Positions 9,235-17,563 of a stretch of DNA of 64,000 nt are shown piece by piece. A model generated the notes under the pieces. It did no database searches. It saw nothing but the letters and a program-made list of their open reading frames with translations, and was not told where the DNA came from. Origin of the DNA: Candidatus Aegiribacteria sp. (GTDB lineage: Bacteria > Fermentibacterota > Fermentibacteria > Fermentibacterales > JCC-6); NCBI GenBank assembly GCA_030600545.1, contig JAUVLV010000006.1:359-64358 (forward strand). Reading direction: 5' to 3'. The translations under genes and the position numbers were made by a program. Within the stretch, counting starts at the first letter, position 1. Each line of letters starts with the position of its first letter.

Positions 9235-9774
9235 TTGCCTGAAAAATCAAAGGATCTCACAGAACATCGTATTATCTCAAGCATCTTAATCGTTCGGGAT
9301 ACGAAAGTTATTCTTGATTCTGATCTTGCTAAACTGTATGGAGTTGAAACTCGCCGTTTAAATGAGCAAGTTCGGCGTAATCTTTCCAAATTCCCAGATG
9401 ACTTTATCTTTCAATTGTCCAAAGAGGAATTCGAAATCTTGAAGTCGCAAATTGCGACATCAAGTTCCAGCTGGGGTGGACGCAGAAAACCACCAATTGT
9501 CTTTACTGAGTATGGCGCATTACAGGCTGCAAATTTGCTGAGCTCAGAACAGGCAAACAGAATGAGCGTTTTCATTATACGAGCATTTATCAAACTGCGC
9601 GAAATGGCATTCACAAACGAAATACTATCCCGGAAATTCGAGCAATTGGAAAAACAAGTCACTGAACATGATGAAATCTTGATAAAATTAGTTCAAGAAA
9701 TTAGAAAACTGATAGATCCACCCAAGACTTCAGCAAAGAAAGCGATAGGTTTTAGAAGTCCCGATAAGAAGTAA
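9235..9774 (+). CDS. ORF6N-domain protein (cassette 1)
   Basis: VILDSDLAKLYGVET...NEQVRRN...FPDDFIFQL...GGRR...FTEYG; C-terminal IGF. Confidence 0.9.
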   Translation: MPEKSKDLTEHRIISSILIVRDTKVILDSDLAKLYGVETRRLNEQVRRNLSKFPDDFIFQLSKEEFEILKSQIATSSSSWGGRRKPPIVFTEYGALQAANLLSSEQANRMSVFIIRAFIKLREMAFTNEILSRKFEQLEKQVTEHDEILIKLVQEIRKLIDPPKTSAKKAIGFRSPDKK

Positions 9775-9782
9775 TAATATGC

Positions 9783-9864
9783 GGAGAACAAATGCATGAA
9801 CCAGTCACAAATGCAAAGCTATGACCCAGAGTAATATCTGTGCTGGTTATGCAGAGCGTTAGAG
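9783..9864 (+). repeat. attC site 1 (82 bp)
   Basis: GGAGAAC-AAAT-GCATGAACCAGTCACA...TGTGCTGGTTATGC-AGAGC-GTTAGAG, imperfect palindrome with bulged bases. Confidence 0.88.
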
Positions 9865-9909
9865 AGTGAAAATAGCTTACACCGATAACGAAGTGGAAGA
9901 AAGGAAATA

Positions 9910-11199
9910 ATGAAACAGGAAATTCTTAATCTAAGTATTTCTTTCTCCCTTCTGTTTTTCTCAATATGCAATACCTTTGCTGAACCAATCCCTGAAGTAT
10001 CTGTAACGGGTTCTTCTGCTCCAGAAGCTCATGAAATCTTCTCTATTGAAACATCTGAGGATCTTGAATCAATTCTAACTGACGGCTACCCTTTGCCATG
10101 GGTTGCTGAAATCCTTGAAGACGAAACTATTCCAGAGAAAGACAGATATTGGCTTGACTGTCGGATAAGAGCAATCATTGCCCAGGATTTGCATACTTTC
10201 TTCAACAGAGAGGGAGAACCGGTTCAAGTAGATGCTGATTGGATAAGGTATGGTGAGGATTACTGGCAGGAACACTTCATCGTCAATCCGCCAGGAGAGT
10301 TTCCTATGGGAGAGTATAACCAGATTTCACTTACATTTGACACAGAGCCAGATCCAGTAACTGGATTATGGGGAGAGAATGGGTTTGCTTACAATCGATT
10401 TGGAGAGAAAACTGGTGAGTTTGCTCTTTGCAACACATCCTTACAGCTCTCAAGAGATGGTTCTATTGGCTTAGTGCTTGCTAGAGGTTCACAGAGAGTA
10501 ACTGAATATGGTCCAGTTTATCTCTATTTTGTCCATAGCGATGGAACTTTTTACAAAAATCCTGAAGAACTCTGGATTTACGACTATTCTCTTAGCAAAA
10601 GTGGTGAATTCGCTTTACTAGTTCAAAGAAAAGAAAATGAGCCAGACTCGATTGAAATGTTTGACAGAAGAGGGAATCTGATTTGGGAGCAGGAAGTAAC
10701 GGCAACAATGTATCAGCGAATATCAATCTCACCAAACAACGAATTGTGCTTGATTCCATCAAGTCAGCGAAATCCAATCAATCACTATATCCAAGTTCTT
10801 AATACCGCTGATGGTAGTGAACTGGAGGTATACAATGAATATCCGATTTTCTCTCCTGATGGAGAAATAGTATGCATTGGATCAACAGTATGTGTATCCT
10901 CCGACAATCTTACTGAAATATGTTCTATCGGAAATCCAGATGAGAGTTTGTCTACTTATGACTTAAGCATTGATAACAACGCAAATCTTTTTGCTGGAAT
11001 ACTACATCCACCAGAAGCCTTGATTTCAGAAGAAACAAAACTAGCAGTATGGTCTCAAAATGGCTTGATAATACTGGAGCAACCTTTCGTTCGGAACGAG
11101 AATATCGTTCTTTCTCCAAACGGAGCATTCGCTATGGTCTTCTCAGAATACAGCAATACCTCTTCAACTTCATGCACGATTTGGAGGATTGATTTTTGA
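9910..11199 (+). CDS. Secreted hypothetical protein, probable beta-propeller (cassette 2)
   Basis: Signal-peptide-like N-terminus; repeated SRDG/SPNN/SPDG/SPNG blade motifs; RBS AAGGA. Confidence 0.7.
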   Translation: MKQEILNLSISFSLLFFSICNTFAEPIPEVSVTGSSAPEAHEIFSIETSEDLESILTDGYPLPWVAEILEDETIPEKDRYWLDCRIRAIIAQDLHTFFNREGEPVQVDADWIRYGEDYWQEHFIVNPPGEFPMGEYNQISLTFDTEPDPVTGLWGENGFAYNRFGEKTGEFALCNTSLQLSRDGSIGLVLARGSQRVTEYGPVYLYFVHSDGTFYKNPEELWIYDYSLSKSGEFALLVQRKENEPDSIEMFDRRGNLIWEQEVTATMYQRISISPNNELCLIPSSQRNPINHYIQVLNTADGSELEVYNEYPIFSPDGEIVCIGSTVCVSSDNLTEICSIGNPDESLSTYDLSIDNNANLFAGILHPPEALISEETKLAVWSQNGLIILEQPFVRNENIVLSPNGAFAMVFSEYSNTSSTSCTIWRIDF

Positions 11200-11289
11200 A
11201 GGTGCTAAATAGCGTACCAGCCCGCTGCGCGCGCCCACATCTAAAAGTAAATTTAAGTTACTTGAAAGATTTGAATTATGAGAATTAAT

Positions 11290-11372
11290 CTCTAACAACC
11301 AAATTCAACAGAACTGCGGCTATGTTCTCCCAAAGTTATGTTATTGCAGTCAGCTGATTTGGAGCGTTATGG
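11290..11372 (+). repeat. attC site 2 (83 bp)
   Basis: CTCTAAC-AACCAAATTCAACAGAACTGC...GCAGTCAGCTGATTTGGAGC-GTTATGG; CTCTAAC complements GTTAGAG of attC1. Confidence 0.88.
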
Positions 11373-11388
11373 CTAAAAAAGGAGGACA

Positions 11389-13140
11389 GTGATGCTAGTA
11401 TTTGTTTCATTGGTTATTTCTCTGGTCTCTGCAACGAGTGTTTCAATAACAGAACCGATTGATGGGGAAACCTACGATGGCGACTGGCTGACCGTTCGTG
11501 CAATTGTGGAGAATGAGAACGAAACTCCAGACTCAGTTCATTACAGTCTAAACGGCCTATCCGTTATTCAGATCCCCAGGCTGGACACTGATTGGCCAAC
11601 TTACATGCAGAATTACCAGAGGCATGGATACTCCGAATCACCGGCACCACATACATCAGATATTCTGTGGACTGCTCCGGTCTGCGGAGATTATCATGAA
11701 TTCCCAACTCCTGCGGTTGTGGATGGGACGGTATACTATCCACAGGACGGTGTTGGAGCGGGAGATACTCTCTTTGCTCTCGATTCAGCAACAGGTTCGA
11801 TAAAGTGGTCCTACCCGGTGGGATATACTGATGACACGGTTACACTCAAGAACGGTCTGCTTTATTCTGCATCGGATTCTCTTTTCTGCCTGGATGCAGG
11901 GACCGGAGCAAGGGTATGGGCATGGGGAGATGAAGCTGATTTCCACCAGACCGGCAGCCCTATCGTGACCAATGGTGTTGTGTATTTTGCCACTAGCCAT
12001 GATTATGACACTTCAAGAGTATATGCAGCAGACGCAGCATCGGGTCTGATCATCTGGGAGACCGGGTTCTCAGGTGCGCTTGAGACCAGTCTTGCATATT
12101 TCGATAATACCATATACATAGCTCTGTTTACAGATTTTATGGATTACGACGATCATGAGTCTTTGTTCGCTCTTGATGCCTCGTCCGGTTCCATTCTATG
12201 GTCTAACGACCATACCGATGGAGGATACTGGGACTCGTCTCCGAACATCTATGAAGGGATGCTGTACATCGATGGATGGGATGGTTGCCTGCACGCTTTC
12301 GATGCAGAGAATGGTGTTCTCGCATGGGAAACAGTATTACATCCCGCCTCCTATCTATTCGGTGTCGAACCAACACCCGCGATACATGATGATCTACTGT
12401 TTATCGGTTGCTGTTTCTACGGATGCGGAACGCCTTTCGGTTATGTAGGAGCTCACTCCACGACAACTGGTTCGGAAGTATGGAGTATTGTTGATAGGAT
12501 AGAGCTCCATGGCTCGTTCGGCCTGGCAGAAGATCTCGCATTCATAGGATCATTCACAAAAGACAGTATATTCGCATTCGATCAGTCAACCGGTGAGATC
12601 GAATGGGTTTATGGATTCCAGGGAACCAGGTATGATGGTTGTCAATCAAGCCCTTCCATAACAGATGGTGTCATGTATATCGCTGCAACTGACGGTAATC
12701 TTTACGCATTCGGCACAGGTCTCAAATTCACCTACCTTGATGATCTTTTCGCTGGAGTAGGAGCCAATGAATTGATAGCAACTTCCTTTTATGAAGGAGT
12801 TGCTATGGCAGTTGATACGATCAACTTCACCGTGACTGGTACTGGAATCGAACTTGATCCATTTCGCATGCTTCAGATCAGCGTAAGCCCTAATCCTTTC
12901 CATTCAACCGCAAGCATCTCGTTCGAGCTTGCAGAGCCTGGATGGACGATGGTGTCCGTGTACGACCTCTCGGGTAGGACCGTCAGAACACTAGAGAATT
13001 CAGAACTCGGAGCCGGTCAGCACTCAGTAGCCTGGGATGGAACAGGTGAAAACGGTGAGATTCTTGCAACAGGTGTCTATATCTGCAGAATACAATCCGG
13101 AGGATTTTCTAAAACCACAGGTCTGTGTCTGTTGAGATAG
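11389..13140 (+). CDS. Secreted PQQ-like beta-propeller protein with FlgD-Ig/T9SS-like C-terminal domain (cassette 3)
   Basis: Repeated ALDxxTGxxxW blades; C-terminal SPNPF...YDLSGR...WDG...GVYICR. Confidence 0.88.
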   Translation: MMLVFVSLVISLVSATSVSITEPIDGETYDGDWLTVRAIVENENETPDSVHYSLNGLSVIQIPRLDTDWPTYMQNYQRHGYSESPAPHTSDILWTAPVCGDYHEFPTPAVVDGTVYYPQDGVGAGDTLFALDSATGSIKWSYPVGYTDDTVTLKNGLLYSASDSLFCLDAGTGARVWAWGDEADFHQTGSPIVTNGVVYFATSHDYDTSRVYAADAASGLIIWETGFSGALETSLAYFDNTIYIALFTDFMDYDDHESLFALDASSGSILWSNDHTDGGYWDSSPNIYEGMLYIDGWDGCLHAFDAENGVLAWETVLHPASYLFGVEPTPAIHDDLLFIGCCFYGCGTPFGYVGAHSTTTGSEVWSIVDRIELHGSFGLAEDLAFIGSFTKDSIFAFDQSTGEIEWVYGFQGTRYDGCQSSPSITDGVMYIAATDGNLYAFGTGLKFTYLDDLFAGVGANELIATSFYEGVAMAVDTINFTVTGTGIELDPFRMLQISVSPNPFHSTASISFELAEPGWTMVSVYDLSGRTVRTLENSELGAGQHSVAWDGTGENGEILATGVYICRIQSGGFSKTTGLCLLR

Positions 13141-13143
13141 GAA

Positions 13144-13223
13144 CCATAACCAGAGGCTGCAGTGGAATACTACTCGCTGAATCCAATTCCTTGTAGGACT
13201 ATCCACTGAGCCTATTGTTTGGT
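13144..13223 (+). repeat. attC site 3 (80 bp)
   Basis: CCATAAC-CAGAGGCTGCAGTGGAATA...TATCCACTGAGCCTATT-GTTTGGT; CCATAAC complements GTTATGG of attC2. Confidence 0.9.
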
Positions 13224-13232
13224 ACAAGACAT

Positions 13233-13826
13233 ATGAATGGAAACAAACGACGGTACACCGTTCGCCAAGCTACGGAAGCAGATTTACCCGTCCTTGCGGA
13301 CATCAAGTCACCAATGGCCATCCACAAAGACCGCCTTCTGGATGCGGACAGCGAGAAAATGCTCTACATGATTATTGAGGAATTCGGTACTGTTATTGGA
13401 TTCGGACTTCTCGTTTTCAAGCGTCCACCCACTTGGCCTGACGCTAACGACAGCTCCCATCTCCCGGCGATGGTCGACTTGCTTGTCAGCCCGGACCGTC
13501 GGAGTCGTGGTGCGGGATCATTCCTCATCAGTTGGATGGAGGAAACCATACGCTCCAGAGGAGGTAACCATTTGTACATGTGCGTGGACCCGGTCGATAA
13601 TCCAAGAGCCCATCAACTCTACCTGCGTCTGGGATACTCAACTCTCCAGACACAGCCATACAGGTCACATTGGAAGTTCGCGGATTCTGACGGAAACGTG
13701 CACGAAGGAAACGTATGGAACATTGATATGGTGAAGGATCTAAGTCAGAAAACACGGGGGTCACCCAACACTTATGAGGCCACCCTCTGTCAAGGGGCAA
13801 AGTTCGTCACTGACAGCATGTGCTAA
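13233..13826 (+). CDS. GNAT N-acetyltransferase (cassette 4); C-terminus runs into IS sequence
   Basis: VSPDRRSRGAGS acetyl-CoA motif, NPRAHQLYLRLGY; ATG 13233 used because the track start 13215 lies inside attC3. Confidence 0.85.
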   Translation: MNGNKRRYTVRQATEADLPVLADIKSPMAIHKDRLLDADSEKMLYMIIEEFGTVIGFGLLVFKRPPTWPDANDSSHLPAMVDLLVSPDRRSRGAGSFLISWMEETIRSRGGNHLYMCVDPVDNPRAHQLYLRLGYSTLQTQPYRSHWKFADSDGNVHEGNVWNIDMVKDLSQKTRGSPNTYEATLCQGAKFVTDSMC

Positions 13827-14249
13827 CTGTTTTCATTTATCGTCTTGTATTCAGTCTTCGCGTTCTGTCTTAGTTTCAATATCAGGTTCTGCGCCAAACA
13901 CTTATCGAGGATCTGCGGCTCATCCTTGATGAACCGGGAAGGATTCTTCCTTCTCGTCCTAGAAACACATACGTTCCCTCATGCCGTCCCATTCACAACG
14001 TCGGGCTGAATGCCGTAGCATTCACCAGTTAGCTCCGGGTTCGGGGGAGGAGCAGAACACTTCATCGAATACTTATCATTTCTGCGGGAGCGAAGCGACC
14101 ATCCAATCAAAGCGTATGTTTACCTGGAATGCGCTGAGGTACCTTCATCCTGGTCAAGGCCAGATTCTCTCGAAGTTTCTCTTCGAGGGTACTCATCCAG
14201 CTTCTTCCTTTCGGTCACAGTTAGCTGTTCGGCTTGGCCGCTCCCTCCC
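13770..14249 (-). ncRNA. Candidate bridge/seek RNA region; exact RNA ends unknown
   Basis: 480-nt region downstream of the IS110 recombinase with many hairpins, a C(UACG)G tetraloop and copies of the element-end motif. Confidence 0.6.
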
Positions 14250-15296
14250 TTATACTCTGAGGAATTTTTTCATATCGAATGCCTTCTCGCGCTTTAGCAT
14301 ATAGTAGACCGTTCTTCCAAGCTTGTGGGCAAGGATGAAAAGAGACTTGGCTTTGCCATGTTTTCTCTCCAGCCGCTTCTTGTACTTCATCCCTTCCGAA
14401 TTTCCACGCAGGAACAGTACAGCAGCTTCGGAGAACGTCCACTTCAGATGAACATTCCCGATCTTGCTTCCGGAAGTTCCATATCGTTTTCCGGCGGATT
14501 CTCTGGCACATTTCACCAGCCTGCTGTATGAAGCAAAGTTCTGCACCCTCGGGAAGCGGTTAATGTCTCCTATCTCGTAGAGAATCGTCAGAGACAAGAT
14601 TTTCCCGATTCCATAAATGGTTCGGAGCAGGTGAAGTGACTGTGGATCATGGTTCTTTGCATTGCTCAGAACATGCTTTTTCATGGCTCTGATCTGAACT
14701 GCAAATTGGTCTATCATATCCATATTGGTCTTCATACTCATGTATACATTCGGATCGGTGAAGTGACTCAGAACCTCTTCACGGCGACATTTGTGAGTGA
14801 TATTGGAAGTGCCGAAGAGAGGCTGATTGTACTGGCTGTTCGTGTTCTGAACATGGGTGATAAGATCAGCCCTCTTCCGAACCAGGTAATTTCTTCTTCT
14901 CAGAAGATCTCTCGTTGCCCTCATCTTCGCAGGATAGACATAGGCCATGGGGAACATTCCGCCTTTGAGCATGACAGCTATCTTTCCCGAATCTATCCTG
15001 TCGTTCTTGGCTTTTCCGCCATGGATGGCTTTCATGTACAAGGCATGACCAAGAGTGAAAGGTATTCCTTCCTCTGCACATAGATCCGCCACCCAGTACC
15101 AGGTGAAGATGCATTCCACTCCGATGACTATATCCGGTCTGTATGGTTCGATAGCTTTGAGAAGGGATTCCGGATCAGCTTTCATGTTCCGGTGAAGAAC
15201 GATTTCACCATCTGAACTGATGATGCAGAGATACATCACCCTGGCGTGTAGGTCGATGCCGCAGTAATATTGGTGTGTGGTAGTATAGAATCTCAT
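14250..15296 (-). CDS. IS110-family DEDD transposase/recombinase
   Basis: GIDLH, GVEC and KNDRID (DEDD); GIGKIL; ESAGK with candidate catalytic Ser; RBS AGGAGG. Confidence 0.95.
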   Translation of the reverse strand: MRFYTTTHQYYCGIDLHARVMYLCIISSDGEIVLHRNMKADPESLLKAIEPYRPDIVIGVECIFTWYWVADLCAEEGIPFTLGHALYMKAIHGGKAKNDRIDSGKIAVMLKGGMFPMAYVYPAKMRATRDLLRRRNYLVRKRADLITHVQNTNSQYNQPLFGTSNITHKCRREEVLSHFTDPNVYMSMKTNMDMIDQFAVQIRAMKKHVLSNAKNHDPQSLHLLRTIYGIGKILSLTILYEIGDINRFPRVQNFASYSRLVKCARESAGKRYGTSGSKIGNVHLKWTFSEAAVLFLRGNSEGMKYKKRLERKHGKAKSLFILAHKLGRTVYYMLKREKAFDMKKFLRV

Positions 15297-15732
15297 TGGG
15301 TCTCCTCCTTGTTAGGGAAAAAGTTATCACCCTCAGCATACCAGAATGGCATGCCGAGGGGGAGGCCTCAATGAGTATCAGAGGAATCTGGTTCACTCCT
15401 GATCATTGTGAAACATATACTCAATTAGGAGGTGCTTCAGGGATTCCTGACAGGAATATTTTCCAGAATATTGTTAGTGGTGCAGTTGATATTGCTATAG
15501 CACCTTTTTCGGCCTTTCAGGATTATCTGATAGAGATTCAGCAGGTATCTATTCCGTTTCATATGAAATCTTCAGGCAGAATCCCAGAACTCTTGAATAT
15601 CTTGCAGCAGCACCAGCAGATACCGGTAATTTCGGAGAAAGATTCCTTATGGGGATGTGTGATGAGCTTCCTAATGGAAATTCGCCTTGATACCGGGCAA
15701 TATTCCCTGAATCGAATTCCGCTATTAAGGTT

Positions 15733-15884
15733 TGATCAATGACTCAGTCATGGTCGAAAAGTATACTTCCAGGTTTTCTCGATCGGAACCTGATGGTTAC
15801 TTTTTCTTCTGCTTCGCCTGTTTCCTGGCGAGGCTGATAACAGTTCTCGCTGCAGCGATTCTTATCTCCCTGGAATCGTTCCTG
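15733..15884. repeat. Diverged direct repeat, copy A (duplicate of GGDEF-HEAT gene 3' end and downstream flank)
   Basis: 152 bp, 10 mismatches by hand count versus 17564-17715. Confidence 0.95.
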
Positions 15885-16653
15885 CCCAGTTTCGAAGAAT
15901 CTCCGGGAAAAGCTTTACCCTAAGGAGGTCGTTCCTTCCGGGAACGAATGGTTCCACATCCCTTACAAGGTCATCAATGCTTCTTTCGCCAAGGCGATTT
16001 AATATAAGCTCCTCGATCTTATTTCTGGAAGAAATCTGAACCTTCTGCTCAAGGAAATTCATATCCGGTTTTGTGATTCCGAATAGATGAGAGGCGTCAT
16101 AAAGATCACGACCCATGATTCTCCTGCGGTTCAGTATGGCATATAGCTTCTGGGCCAGAATCAGTTCAGCGGGAGCTGCAGGTACTGGAACGATCACATC
16201 CAGGCGGTTCAGCACCTTTACCCGCGGTGTATAGCTATACCGCTGCGGTGAAGCGTCAAACTTGAGGGTGAGCACCTCATCTCTATGGCGCGTGAGTTCC
16301 CACTGTTGAAGGATATTAGTGAATCTGAACTTTGTTGAAAACGCGGTTCCTCTGCCAAAAGATATATTGCACTCAACAGCCTCTAATTTGAATTCATTAA
16401 CTGCTGTCAGGGCTATTCGCTGAAGAGCATCACCGGAAAGGTTCTTTGAATCAAAGTCAAGATCTTCGGAAAACCTGCTGCTTCCATAGAATACTCTCAA
16501 TGCTGTTCCACCCATGAAAACCAGTCCGCTGCTTTCCTTCGCTCTGAAAATGAACTGAAGTGTTTTGTACTGCAGGTATTCCCTTAGCATGGCTCTTTTA
16601 AAGGTATCGGGAATGCCGGGGAAAGCGTCATAGACGATCGAATGGTCAAGCAT
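15862..16653 (-). CDS. abiEii: AbiEii-type nucleotidyltransferase toxin (type IV TA)
   Basis: FMGGTALR, RFSEDLDF, AQKL, RDLYD. Confidence 0.92.
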   Translation of the reverse strand: MLDHSIVYDAFPGIPDTFKRAMLREYLQYKTLQFIFRAKESSGLVFMGGTALRVFYGSSRFSEDLDFDSKNLSGDALQRIALTAVNEFKLEAVECNISFGRGTAFSTKFRFTNILQQWELTRHRDEVLTLKFDASPQRYSYTPRVKVLNRLDVIVPVPAAPAELILAQKLYAILNRRRIMGRDLYDASHLFGITKPDMNFLEQKVQISSRNKIEELILNRLGERSIDDLVRDVEPFVPGRNDLLRVKLFPEILRNWAGTIPGR

Positions 16654-17260
16654 TTTTCATCACCTCAATCAATATTTTTACCTTCCTTGTCAGCCAGGGC
16701 TTGTTGAACCGTTCTGCCATGTCGAGGATCTCCATTGGATCCAATCCGCTAAAAGTCTCCGTGTCAAAACGTAGTTCCAGCATATCCTCCGCCGAGCTGA
16801 TATCCCTCCTGAAGTAGAGCAGATCAACAACCGCTCTCTCCGGAAAAGCCATAAGATATCTGTGATTTCTTCCCGTCTTTGCTTCATAACCGAAGAGATA
16901 CTCCGGCTGAATGCTTCTGTATATGAATGTGCATAGAGGTGAATCGATGCGACGGGTCTTTCTTGTGCAGACAGAAGTGACAGAAAGAACTGTCTCCGGA
17001 ATGAGCTCGTAAAATGAAAGTGCTGATTCCAGAGAAACGAACGAGGGTGTGTATATCCTGCCGGCAATTGCAAATAGATCGGTCTCTTCACTGGTTTCCC
17101 CCGTTAGAACATAGTATCCGGGAGCCACCATTATGATCTTTCCGCTACGGTTCCACCTGGAAAGGGTTTCCTGACGAAGACCGGGCATTGTGCTCCTTAC
17201 ATCAGCAAGTGAAACAACCGGCAACTTCTTCGCTATTTCAGCAAATTCGTGCAACCTCAA
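16646..17260 (-). CDS. abiEi: AbiEi-type antitoxin / transcriptional regulator
   Basis: PSFVSLESALSFYELIPE, PERAVVDLLY; overlaps the toxin start. Confidence 0.88.
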   Translation of the reverse strand: MRLHEFAEIAKKLPVVSLADVRSTMPGLRQETLSRWNRSGKIIMVAPGYYVLTGETSEETDLFAIAGRIYTPSFVSLESALSFYELIPETVLSVTSVCTRKTRRIDSPLCTFIYRSIQPEYLFGYEAKTGRNHRYLMAFPERAVVDLLYFRRDISSAEDMLELRFDTETFSGLDPMEILDMAERFNKPWLTRKVKILIEVMKNA

Positions 17261-17322
17261 AAGTGTATTTCCCTTCTATGATATTTATTTAATAATATAG
17301 AAATACTATTTTGTGATTGCAA
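17259..17322 (-). promoter_or_regulatory. abiE promoter with inverted-repeat operator
   Basis: Minus-strand TTGCAA-17-TATATT; IR AAAAGTGTATTTC / GAAATACTATTTT. Confidence 0.6.
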
Positions 17323-17563
17323 GGTATTCAATTGTTCAGTAATTCGTTCAGTCTGACTATGCCTTTATCGAGGTGGAAAATCAATTTTCCCAATGGTTGT
17401 TCGCTCTTCTTCGAATTTCTCAAAACAACACCTATATGATCTTATTCCATTAAGATGCACACTCGCCACAAAACAGACATTCAGAGAATAAACTCTCTGT
17501 TTCTGACACTCATATTGACATGCTCACCCCCCCCCCTACTATTTTGTGCTTAGTATTTTATTA

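Larger units (their letters stand above)
9208..13770 (+). mobile_element. Integron gene-cassette array, 4 cassettes, no intact intI in window
   Basis: Three attC hairpins with chained complementary cores; one same-strand ORF per cassette. Confidence 0.88.
13769..15380 (-). mobile_element. IS110-family element of IS1111-type layout, inserted in attC4
   Basis: Imperfect inverted repeats ACTTATGAGGCC (13770-13781) / GGCCTCAATGAGT (15364-15376); CA at both ends; long non-coding region 3' of the transposase. Confidence 0.85.

Noticed and set aside
11200-11245. GC-rich patch GCGTACCAGCCCGCTGCGCGCGCCC after the cassette 2 ORF, possible partial attC
   Set aside because: No AAC/GTT pair or convincing stem; core complementarity shows cassette 2 runs on to attC2
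13893-13935. GCCAAAC plus hairpin as an alternative start of attC4
   Set aside because: Lies inside the IS as defined by the inverted repeats, CA core and junction promoter; no matching R' GTT
9000-14250. CRISPR array
   Set aside because: No regularly spaced identical repeats and no cas genes; the repeats are attC-type palindromes
13981-14304. 107-aa plus-strand ORF in the IS 3' region
   Set aside because: No recognisable motif; overlaps the structured non-coding region and the transposase end
15296-15742. 148-aa ORF in the track
   Set aside because: Chimeric: starts inside the IS end and runs into flank that is at best a gene fragment
17323-17563. C10 homopolymer (17527-17536) and broken reading frames, possible phase variation
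   Set aside because: No intact ORF depends on the tract; probably decayed sequence
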